This document shows positions 54,650 to 64,000 of a stretch of 64,000 bases of DNA, in pieces. The stretch is from the NCBI GenBank assembly GCA_964016885.1, contig OZ024743.1:143034001-143098000 (forward strand). Reading direction: 5' to 3'. The translations under genes and the position numbers were made by a program. The notes under the pieces are model-generated. The model was given only the letters and a program-made list of their open reading frames with translations. It ran no database searches and was not told the origin of the DNA. Every line of letters begins with the position of its first letter. Within the stretch, counting starts at the first letter, position 1. Source of the stretch: Eledone cirrhosa (Eukaryota).

Positions 54650-57600
54650 GTGTTTGGTTCTTGGTTCTTGGTGTTTGGTACTTGGTGGTTGGTGGTTGGT
54701 GTTTGGTGTTTGGTGCTTGGTGCTTGGTGCTTAGTGCTTGGTGTGTGCTGCTTGGTGCTTGGTGCTTGGTGTTTTGTGTTTGGTGCTTGGTGCTTGGTGC
54801 CTGTTTCTTGGTGCTTGGTGCTTGTTGTTTGGTGCTTGGTGCTTGCTGATTAGTGTTTGGTGCTTGGTGCTTGGGGTTTGCTGTTTGGTGCTTGGTGCTT
54901 GGTGTTTGGTGCTTGGTGCTTGGTGTTTGGTGTTTGGTGCTTGGTTCTTGGTGTTTGGTGTTTGGTGCTTGGTGTTTGGTGTTTGGTGCTTGGTGTTTGG
55001 TGCTGGGTGCTTGGTGCTTGGTGTTTGGTGCTGGGTGCTTGATGTTTGGAACTTGGTGCTTGGTGCTTGGTGCTGGGTGCTTGGTGTTTGGTGTTTGGTG
55101 CTTGGTGCTTGGTGTTTGGTGTTTGATGCTTGGTGTTTGATGCTTGTTGCTTGGTGCTTGTTGTTTTGTGTTTGGTGTTTGATGCTTGGTGTATGTACTT
55201 GGTGCTTGGTGCTTGGTGTTTGGTGTTGGTTCTTGGTGTTTGGTGATTGGTGCTTGGTGCTTGGTGTTTGGTGCTTGGTGCTTGGTGTTCGGTACTTCGT
55301 GCTTGGTGTTTGGTGCTTGGTGCTTGGTGCTTGGTGTTAAGTGTTTGGTGCTTGGTGCTTGGTGTTTGGTGCTTCGTGCTTGGTGCTTGGTGTTTGGTGC
55401 ATGGTGCTTGGTGTTTGGTGCTTGGTGCCTGGTGCTTGGTGTTTGGTGCTTGGTGTTTAGTGTTTGGTGTTTGATGCTTGGTGTTTGGTGTTTGGTGCTT
55501 GGTGCCTGCTGCTTGTTGTTTGGTGTTTGGTGCTTGGTGCTTGGTGTTTTGTGTTTGGTGCTTGGTGCCTGGTGCTTGGTGCTTGTTGTTTGGTGGTTGG
55601 TTCTTGGTGATTAGTGTTTGGTGCTTGGTGCTTGCGGTTTGGTGTTTGGTGCTTGGGGTTTGGTGTTTGGTGCTTGGTGCTTGGTGTTTGGTGCTTGGTG
55701 CTTGGTGCTTGGTGCTTGGTGTTTGATGCTGCGTGCTTGGTGTTTGGCATTTGGTTCTTGGTGCTTGGTGTTTGGTGCTTGGTGCTTGGTTTTTGGTGTT
55801 AGGTGCTTGGTACCTGGTGCTGGTTGTTTGGTGTTTAGTGCTTGGTGCTTGGTGCTTGGTGCTTGGTGTTTGGTGCTTGGCGTCTGGTGTTTGGTGCTTG
55901 GTGTTTGGTGTTTGGTGCTTGGTGCTTGGTGCTTGGTGTTTGGTGTTTGGTGGTTGGTGCTTGGTGTTTGGTGTTTGGTGCTGGGTGCTTGGAGTTTGGT
56001 GCTTGGTGCTTGGTGCTTAGTGCTTGGTGTTTGGTGTTTGGTGCTTGGTGTTTGGTGTTTGGTGTTTGGTGTTTGATGCTTGGTGTGTGCTGCTTGGTGC
56101 TTGGTGCTTGGTGTTTTGTGTTTGGTGCTTGGTGCTTGGTGCCTGGTTCTTGGTGCTTGGTGCTTGTTGTTTGGTGCTTGGTGCTTGCTGATTAGTGTTT
56201 GGTGCTTGGTGCTTGGGGTTTGCTGTTTGGTGCTTGGTGCTTGGTGTTTGGTGCTTGGTGCTTGGTGTTTGGTGTTTGGTGCTTGGTTCTTGGTGTTTGG
56301 TGTTTGGTGCTTGGTGTTTGGTGTTTGGTGCTTGGTGTTTGGTGCTGGGTGCTTGGTGCTTGGTGTTTGATGCTGGGTGCTTGGTGTTTGGTGCTTGGTG
56401 CTTGGTGCTGGGTGCTTGGTGTTTGGTGTTTGGTGCTCGGTGCTTGGTGCTTGGTGTTTGGTGCTTGGAGCTTGGTTTTTGGTGTTTGGTGCTTGGTACC
56501 TGGTGCTTGTTGTTGGTGTTTGGCGCTTGGTGCTTGGTGTTTGGTGCTTGGCGTCTGGTGTTTGGTGCTTGGTGTTTGGTGTCTGGTGCTTGGTGCTTGG
56601 TGCTTGGTGTTTGGTGCTTGGTGTTTGGTGCTTGGTGTTTGGTGCTGGGTGCTTGGTGCTTGGTTTTTGGTGCTGGGTGCTTGGTGTTTGGTGCTTGGTG
56701 CTTGGTGCTTGGTGCTTGGTGTTTGGTGTTTGGTGCTTGGTGCTTGGTGTTTGGTGTTTGATGCTTGGTGTTTGATGCTTGTTGCTTGGTGCTTGTTGTT
56801 TTGTGTTTGGTGTTTGGTGCTTGGTGTATGTACTTGGTGCTTGGTGCTTGGTGTTTGGTGTTGGTTCTTGGTGTTTGGTGATTGGTGCTTGGTGCTTGGT
56901 GTTTGGTGCTTGGTGCTTGGTGTTTGGTACTTGGTGCTTGGTGTTTGGTGTTTGGTGCTTGGTGTTTGGTGTTTGGTGCTTGGTGCTTGGTGTTAAGTGT
57001 TTGGTGCTTGGTGCTTCGTGTTTGGTGCTTCGTGCTTGGTGCTTGGTGTTTGGTGCATGGTGCTTGGTGTTTGGTGCTTGGTGCCTGGTGCTTGGTGTTT
57101 GGTGCTTGGTGTTTGGTGTTTGGTGTTTGATGCTTGGTGTTTGGTGTTTGGTGCTTGGTGCCTGGTGCTTGTTGTTTGGTGTTTGGTGCTTGGTGCTTGG
57201 TGTTTTGTGTTTGGTGCTTGGTGCCTGGTGCTTGGTGCTTGGTGCTTGTTGTTTGGTGGTTGGTGCTTGGTGATTAGTGTTTGGTGCTTGGTGCTTGCGG
57301 TTTGGTGTTTGGTGCTTGGGGTTTGGTGTTTGGTGCTTGGTGCTTGGTGTTTGGTGCTTGGTGCTTGGTGCTTGGTGTCTGGTGCTTGGTGCCTGGTGCT
57401 TGTTGTTTGGTGTTTGGTGCTTGGTGCTTGGTGTTTGGTGCTTGGTGCTTGGTATCTGGTGTTTGGTGCTTGGTGTTTGGTGTTTGGTGCTTGGTGCTTG
57501 GTGCTTGGTGGTTGGTGTTTGGTACTTGGTGCTTGGTGCTTGGTGCTTGGTGTTTGGTGCTTGGTGCTTGGTGCTTGGTGCTTGGTGTTCTATGCTGCAT

Positions 57601-60600
57601 GCTTGGTGTTTGGCATTTGGTGCTTGGTGCTTGGTGTTTGGTGCTTGGTGCTTGGTTTTTGGTGTTTGGTGCTTGGTACCTGGTGCTTGTTGTTTGGTGT
57701 TTGGTGCTTGGTGCTTGGTGCTTGGTGTTTGGTGCTTGGCGTCTGGTGTTTGGTGCTTGGTGTTTGTTGTTTGGTGCTTGGTGCTTGGTGCTTGGTGTTT
57801 GGTGTTTGGTGGTTGGTGGTTGGTGTTTGGTGTTTGGTGCTTGGTGCTTGGTGCTTAGTGCTTGGTGTTTGGTGTTTGGTGCTTGGTGTTTGGTGTTTGG
57901 TGTTTGATGCTTGGTGTGTGCTGCTTGGTGCTTGGTGCTTGGTGTTTTGTGTTTGGTGCTTGGTGCTTGGTGCCTGTTTCTTGGTGCTTGGTGCTTGTTG
58001 TTTGGTGCTTGGTGCTTGCTGATTAGTGTTTGGTGCTTGGTGCTTGGGGTTTGCTGTTTGGTGCGTGGTGCTTGGTGTTTGGTGCTTGGTGCTTGGTGTT
58101 TGGTGTTTGGTGCTTGGTTCTTGGTGTTTGGTGTTTGGTGCTTGGTGTTTGGTGTTTGGTGCTTGGTGTTTGGTGCTGGGTGCTTCGTGCTTGGTGTTTG
58201 GTGCTGGGTGCTTGGTGTTTGGTGCTTGGTGCTTGGTGCTTGGTGCTGGGTGCTTGGTGTTTGTTGTTTGGTGCTTGGTGCTTGGTGTTTGGTGTTTGAT
58301 GCTTGGTGTTTGATGCTTGTTGCTTGGTGCTTGTTGTTTTGTGTTTGGTGTTTGATGCTTGGTGTATGTACTTGGTGCTTGGTGCTTGGTGTTTGGTGTT
58401 GGTTCTTGGTGTTTGGTGATTGGTGCTTGGTGCTTGGTGTTTGCTGCTTGGTGCTTGGTGTTTGGTACTTGGTGCTTGGTGTTTGGTGCTTGGTGCTTGG
58501 TGCTTGGTGTTAAGTGTTTGGTGCTTGGTGCTTGGTGTTTGGTGCTTCGTGCTTGGTGCTTGGTGTTTGGTGCATGGTGCTTGGTGTTTGGTGCTTGGTG
58601 CTTGGTGCTTGGTGTTTGGTGCTTGGTGTTTGGTGTTTGGTGTTTGATGCTTGGTGTTTGGTGTTTGGTGCTTGGTGCCTGGTGCTTGTTGTTTGGTGTT
58701 TGGTGCTTGTTGCTTGGTGTTTTGTGTTTGGTGCTTGGTGCCTGGTGCTTGGTGCTTGGTGCTTGTTGTTTGGTGGTTGGTTCTTGGTGATTAGTGTTTG
58801 GTGCTTGGTGCTTGCGGTTTGGTGTTTGGTGCTTGGGGTTTGGTGTTTGGTGCTTGGTGCTTGGTGTTTGGTGCTTGGTGCTTGGTGCTTGGTGCTTGGT
58901 GTTTGATGCTGCGTGCTTGGTGTTTGGCATTTGGTGCTTGGTGCTTGGTGTTTGGTGCTTGGTGCTTGGTTTTTGGTGTTTGGTGCTTGGTACCTGGTGC
59001 TGGTTGTTTGGTGTTTAGTGCTTGGTGCTTGGTGCTTGGTGCTTGGTGTTTGGTGCTTGGCGTCTGGTGTTTGGTGCTTGGTGTTTGGTGTTTGGTGCTT
59101 GGTGCTTGGTGCTTGGTGTTTGGTGTTTGGTGGTTGGTGCTTGGTGTTTGGTGTTTGGTGCTGGGTGCTTGGAGTTTGGTGCTTGGTGCTTGGTGCTTAG
59201 TGCTTGGTGTTTGGTGTTTGGTGCTTGGTGTTTGGTGTTTGGTGTTTGATGCTTGGTGTGTGCTGCTTGGTGCTTGGTGCTTGGTGTTTTGTGTTTGGTG
59301 CTTGGTGCTTGGTGCCTGGTTCTTGGTGCTTGGTGCTTGTTGTTTGGTGCTTGGTGCTTGCTGATTAGTGTTAGGTGCTTGGTGCTTGGGGTTTGCTGTT
59401 TGGTGCTTGGTGCTTGGTGTTTGGTGCTTGGTGCTTGGTGTTTGGTGTTTGGTGCTTGGTTCTTGGTGTTTGGTGTTTGGTGCTTGGTGTTTGGTGCTTG
59501 GTGCTTGGTGCTGGGTGCTTGGTGTTTGGTGTTTGGTGCTCGGTGCTTGGTGTTTGGTGTTTGATGCTTGGTGTTTGATGCTTGTTGCTTGGTGCTTGTT
59601 GTTTTGTGTTTGGTGTTTGGTGCTTGGTGTATGTACTTGGTGCCTGGTGCTTGGTGTTTGGTGTTGGTTCTTGGTGTTTGGTGATTGGTGCTTGGTGCTT
59701 GGTGTTTGGTGCTTGGTGCTTGGTGTTTGGTACTTGGTGCTTGGTGTTTGGTGTTTGGTGCTTGGTGTTTGGTGCTTGGTGCTTGGTGTTAAGTGTTTGG
59801 TGCTTGGTGCTTGGTGTTTGGTGCTTCGTGCTTGGTGCTGGGTGTTTGGTGCATGGTGCTTGGTGTTTGGTGCTTGGTGCCTGGTGCTTGTTGTTTGGTG
59901 TTTGGTACTTGGTGCTTGGTGTTTTGTGTTTGGTGCTTGGTGCTTGGTGCTTGGTGCTTGGTGCTTGGTGCTTGTTGTTTGGTGGTTGGTGCTTGGTGAT
60001 TAGTGTTTGGTGCTTGGTGCTTGCGGTTTGGTGTTTGGTGCTTGGGGTTTGGTGTTTGGTGCTTGGTGCTTGGTATCTGGTGTTTGGTGCTTGGTGTTTG
60101 GTGTTTGGTGCTTGGTGCTTGGTGCTTGGTGGTTGGTGTTTGGTTCTTGGTGCTTGGTGTTTGGTGCTTGTTGTTTGGTGTTTGGTGTTTGATGCTTGGT
60201 GTTTGGTGTTTGGTGCTTGGTGCCTGGTGCTTGTTTTTTGGTGTTTGGTGCTTGGTGCTTGGTGTTTTGTGTTTGGTGCTTGGTGCTTGGTACCTGGTGC
60301 TTGGTGCTTTGGTGCTTGTTGTTTGGTGGTTGGTGCTTGGTGATTAGTGTTTGGTGCTTGGTGCTTGCGGTTTGGTGTTTGGTGCTTGGGGTTTGGTGTT
60401 TGGTGCTTGGTGCTTGGTGTTTGGTGCTTGGTGCTTGGTGCTTGGTGTTTGGTGCTTGTTGCTTGGTGTTTAGTGCTTGGTGCTTGGTGTTTGGTGCTTG
60501 GTGTTTGGTGCTTCGGTCTTGGTGCTTGGTGTTAGGTGTTTGGTGCTTGGTGCTTGGTGTTTGATGTTTGGTCCTTGGTGCTTGGTGTTTGGTGTTTGGT

Positions 60601-63600
60601 GCTTGGTGCTTGGTGTTTGGTGTTTGGTGCTTGCTGCTTGGTGGTTGGTGTTTTGTGTTTGGAGTTTGGTGCTTGGTGTTTGGTGCTTCAGTCTTGGTGA
60701 TTGGTGTTTGGTGCTTGGTGCTTGGTGTTTGGTGCTTGGTGCCTGGTTCTTGGTATTTGGTGCTTGGTGCTTGGTGTTTGGTGATTGGTGCTTGGTGTTT
60801 GGTGCTTGGTGCTTGGTGCTTGGTGTTTGGTGTTTGGTGCTTGGTGCTTGGTGCTTGGTGTTTGGTGTTTGGTGCTTGCTGCTTGCTGCTTGGTGTTTGG
60901 TGCTTGGTGATTGTGGCTTGGTGTTTTGTGCCTGGTGCTTGGTGTTTGGTGTTTGGTGCTAGGGGCTTGGTGCTTGGTGCTTGGTGTTTGGTGCTTGGTG
61001 CTTGCTGTTTGGTGTTTGGTGCTTGGTGCGTGGGATTTTGTGTTTGGTGTTTGGTGCTTGGTGTTTGGTGCTTGGTGTTTGGGGCTTGGTGTTCGGTGCT
61101 TGGTGCTTGGTGCTTGGTGCTTGGTGTTTGGTGTTTGGTGCTTGGTGCTTGGTGTTTGATGTTGGGTCCTTGGTGCTTGGTGTTTGGTGTTTGGTGCTTG
61201 GTGTTTGGTGTTTGGTGCTTGCTGCTTGCTGCTTGTTGTTTCGTTCTTTGTGATTGGTGCTTGGTGCTTGGTGTTTGGTGCTTGGTGCTTGGTGTTTGGT
61301 GTTTGGTGCTTGCTGCTTGGGGCTTGGTATTTGGTGCTTGGTGCTTGGTGCTTGGTGTTTGGTGTTTGGTGTTTGGTGCTTGGTGTTTGGTGCTTGGTGC
61401 TTGGTGCTGGGTGGTTGGTGTTTGGTGCTTGGTGCTTGGTGTTTGGTGCTTGGTGATTGGTGCTTGTTGTTTGGTGCTTGGTGCTTGGTGCTTGGTCTTT
61501 GGTGTTTGGTGTTTGGTGCTTGGTGCTTGGTGTTTGGTGCTTGGTGCTTGGTGTTTGGTGCTTGGTGCTTGGTGATTAGTGTTTGTTGCTTGGTGCTTGG
61601 GGTTTGGTGGTTGGTGCTTGGTGTTTGGTGTTTGGTGTTTGGTGTTTGGTGTTTGCTGTTTGGTGTCTGCTTTTTGGTGTTTGGTGTTTGCTGTATGGTG
61701 TTTGCTGTTTCGTATTTCGTTTTTGCTGTTTGGTGTTTGGTGCTTGCTGATTGGTGTTTGGTGTTTGGTGTTTGGTGCTTGGTGCTTGGTGCTTGGTGCT
61801 TGGTGTTTGGCGTTTGGTGCTTGGTGCTTGGTGTTTGGTGCTTGGTACCTGGTGCTTGTTGTTTGGTGTTTGGTGCTTGGTGCTTGGTTTTTGGTGCTTG
61901 GTGTCTGGTGTTTGGTGCTTGGTGTTTGGTGTTTGGTGCTTGGTGCTTGGTGCTTGGTGTTTGGTGTTTGGTGGTTGGTGCTTGGTGTTTGGTGTTTGGT
62001 GCTGGGTGCTTGGAGTTTGGTGCTTGGTGCTTGGTGCTTAGTGCTTGGTGTTTGGTGTTTGGTGCTTGGTGTTTGGTGTTTGGTGTTTGATGCTTGGTGT
62101 GTGCTGCTTGGTGCTTGGTGCTTGTTGTTTTGTGCTTGGTGCTTGGTGATTAGTGTTTGGTGCTTGGTGCTTGGGGTTTGCTGTTTGGTGCTTGGTGCTT
62201 GGTGTTTGGTGCTTGGTGCTTGGTGTTTGGTGTTTGGTGTTTGGTGCTTGGTGTCTGGTGTTTGGTGTCTGGTGTTTGGTGCTTGGTGCTTGGTGTTTGG
62301 GTTTTGGTGCTTGGTTCTTGGTGTTTGGTGTTTGGTGCTTGGTGTTTGGTGTTTGGTGCTTGGTGTTTGGTGCTGGGTGCTTGGTGCTTGGTGTTTAGTG
62401 CTGGGTGCTTGGTGTTTGGTGCTTGGTGCTTGGTGCTTGGTGCTTGGTGTTTGGTGTTTGGTGTTTGATGCTTGTTGTTTGATGCTTGTTGCTTGGTGCT
62501 TGTTGTTTTGTGTTTGGTGTTTGGTGCTTGGTGTATGTACTTGGTGCTTGGTGCTTGGTGTTTGGTGTTGGTTCTTGGTGTTTGGTGATTGGTGCTTGGG
62601 GCTTGGTGTTTGGTGCTTGGTGCTTGGTGTTTGGTACTTGGTGCTTGGTGTTTGGTGTTTGGGGCTTGGTGTTTGGGGCTTGGTGCTTGGTGCTTGGTGT
62701 TAAGTGTTTGGTGCTTGGTGCTTGGTGTTTGGTGCTTCGTGCTTGGTGCTTGGTGTTTGGTGCATGGTGCTTGGTGTTTGGTGCTTGGTGCCTGGTGCTT
62801 GGTGTTTGATGTTTGGTCCTTGGTGCTTGGTGTTTGGTGCTTGGTGCTTGGTGTTTGGTGTTTGTGCTTGGTGTTTGGTGTTTGGTGCTAGGTGCTTGGT
62901 GCTTGGTGCTTGGTGTTTGGTGCTTGGTGCTTGGTGTTTGGTGTTTGGTGCTTGGTGCTTGGTGCTTGGTGTTTGGTGCTTGGTGCTTGGTGTTTGGTAC
63001 TTGGTGCTTGGTGTTTGGTGCTTGGTGCTTGGTGTTTGGTGCTTGGTGCTTGGTGCTTGGTGCTAAGTGTTTGGTGCTTGGTGCTTGGTGTTTGGTGCTT
63101 CGTGCTTCGTGCTTGGTGTTTGGTGCATGGTGCTTGGTGTTTGGTGCTTGGTACCTGGTCCTTGGTGTTTGGTTCTTGGTGTTTGGTGCTTGGTGTTTGG
63201 TGCTTGGTGTTCGGTGCTTTGTGCTTGGTGCTTGGTGCTTGGTGTTTGATGTTTGGTCCTTGGTGCTTGGTGTTTGGTGTTTTGTGCTTGGTGCTTGGTG
63301 CTTGGTGTTTGGTGCTTGGTGCTTGGTGCTTGGTGTTTGGCGTTTGCTGTTTGCTGTTTGCTGTTTGATGTTTGCTGTTTGGTGTTTGCTGTTTGGTGTT
63401 TGGTGCTTGGTGCTTGGTGTTTGGTGTTTGGTGCTTGGTGCTTGGTGCTGGGTGTTTGGTGCTTGGTGCTTGGTGTTTGGTGCTTGGTGCTTGGTGTCTG
63501 GTCCTTGGTGCTTGGTGCTTGGTCTTTGGTGCTTGGGGTTTGGTGTTTGGTGCTTGGTGCTTGGTGTTTGGTGCTTGGTGCTTGGTGCTTGGTGCTTGGT

Positions 63601-64000
63601 GTTTGGTGCTTGCTGCTTGGTGATTAGTGTTTGGTGATTGGTGCTTGGGGTTTGGTGTTTGGTGCTTGGTGCTTGCTGTTTGGTGTTTGGTGTTTGGTTC
63701 TTGGTGCTTGGTGTTTGGTGTTTGGTGGTTGGTGCTTGGTGCTTGGTGTTTGGTGCTTGGTGCTTGGTGCTTGGTGTTTGGTGCTGCGTGTTTGCTGTTT
63801 GGTGTTTGGTGCTTGGTGCTTGGTGTTTGGTGTTTGGTGCTTGGTGCTTGGTGCTGGGTGTTTGGTGCTTGGTGCTTGGTGTTTGGTGCTTGGTGCTTGG
63901 TGTCTGGTCCTTGGTGCTTGGTGCTTGGTCTTTGGTGCTTGGGGTTTGGTGTTTGGTGCTTGGTGCTTGGTGTTTGGTGCTTGGTGCTTGGTGCTTGGTG
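54650..64000 (+). repeat. Satellite domain D, including a 3,173-bp duplication made of 1,342 + 1,831 bp subunits
   Basis: GTATGTAC at 55191, 56826, 58364, 59629 and 62533. CTTGCGGTTT at about 55631, 57294, 58811, 60020 and 60364. GTGTGTGCTGC at about 54741, 56083, 57914, 59256 and 62097. ORF pairs 54738/57911, 55186/58359 and 56080/59253 share the 3,173 offset. Confidence 0.85.
63430..64000 (+). repeat. Repeated block at 406-bp (58-monomer) offset
   Basis: TGTCTGGTCCTTGGTGCTTGGTGCTTGGTCTTTGGTGCTTGGGGTTTGG occurs at 63495 and 63901. Confidence 0.8.

Larger units (their letters stand above)
28740..54650 (+). repeat. Satellite domain C with its own set of diagnostic variants
   Basis: GTTATATGC at about 29388, 30192, 32819, 37340, 37809, 39145, 43777, 47300, 50046, 51480 and 51906. 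GCTGAGTGG from about 29472 to 47391. GTTTCTACTT, GCTGTATGTTG and TTTTGCTGTCTGGTGTCTGC also recur. Boundaries are approximate. Confidence 0.8.
1..64000 (+). repeat. Heptamer tandem satellite array, consensus (TTGGTGY)n, about 9,100 monomers, running off both window ends
   Basis: TTGGTGC/TTGGTGT monomers are visible in every line. Departures are single-base variants (TTGCTGT, TTGATGC, TTAGTGC, TTGGTAY, TTGGTGA, TTGGTTC) and rare 5-, 6- or 8-bp monomers. No inversion or unique insert was seen. Confidence 0.99.

Noticed and set aside
1-64000. Hundreds of overlapping + strand Trp/Cys/Leu/Val-rich ORFs as membrane proteins
   Set aside because: They are translations of the heptamer in all three frames, starting at abundant GTG/TTG triplets and ending at random TGA/TAG variants, with no codon-position constraint.
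1-64000. CRISPR array or other repeat-spacer system
   Set aside because: There are no unique spacers. All sequence between markers is the same heptamer, and no cas or other genes are present.
1-64000. Canonical telomere tract (TTAGGG or TTTAGGG) or stable three-tier G-quadruplex array
   Set aside because: The canonical motifs are essentially absent (only sporadic TTAGG variants), and G runs are GG with rare GGG or GGGG.
1-64000. Cyanobacterial STRR-type heptamer repeats or Chi-site array (GCTGGTGG-like)
   Set aside because: The motif differs from STRR consensus sequences, which form short intergenic tracts rather than tens of kb. GCTTGGTG only superficially resembles Chi, and there is no bacterial gene context.
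1-64000. Pure sequencing noise or a simulated low-complexity sequence
   Set aside because: Rare variants recur in the same order at fixed multi-kb offsets with graded divergence, which random error would not produce. Misassembly of individual near-identical copies remains possible.
1-64000. Fungal RIP-mutated repeat
   Set aside because: TpG dinucleotides remain overwhelmingly intact and A is very rare. RIP would have converted many TpG to TpA in such a large duplicated array.

Overview
The whole 64 kb window is one uninterrupted, single-orientation array of a 7-bp satellite, consensus TTGGTGY (TTGGTGC and TTGGTGT intermixed; RCACCAA on the minus strand), roughly 9,100 monomers. I found no unique sequence, credible gene, RNA gene, mobile element or CRISPR array. 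Every ORF in the track is a by-product of the repeat: 7 is coprime to 3, so all + frames read V(L/F)G(A/V)WCL and all - frames read KHQ(A/T)P(S/N)T, and the near absence of A on the + strand removes most stop codons. The real information is in the variant monomers, which reveal nested higher-order structure. This includes a near-perfect 5,071-bp tandem duplication (15.2-25.4 kb), three related copies offset by 6,326 and 4,695 bp (about 32-47 kb), a 3,173-bp duplication built from 1,342 + 1,831 bp subunits (54.7-59.5 kb), and many smaller duplications of 27-804 bp. There is also an ~820-bp block shared by two sites 22,105 bp apart, and four domains with different diagnostic variants. The pattern resembles eukaryotic centromeric, pericentromeric or subtelomeric satellite evolving by recombination, but organism, location and function cannot be determined from this window. 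Offsets come from the ORF track and manual spot checks, not from an alignment.
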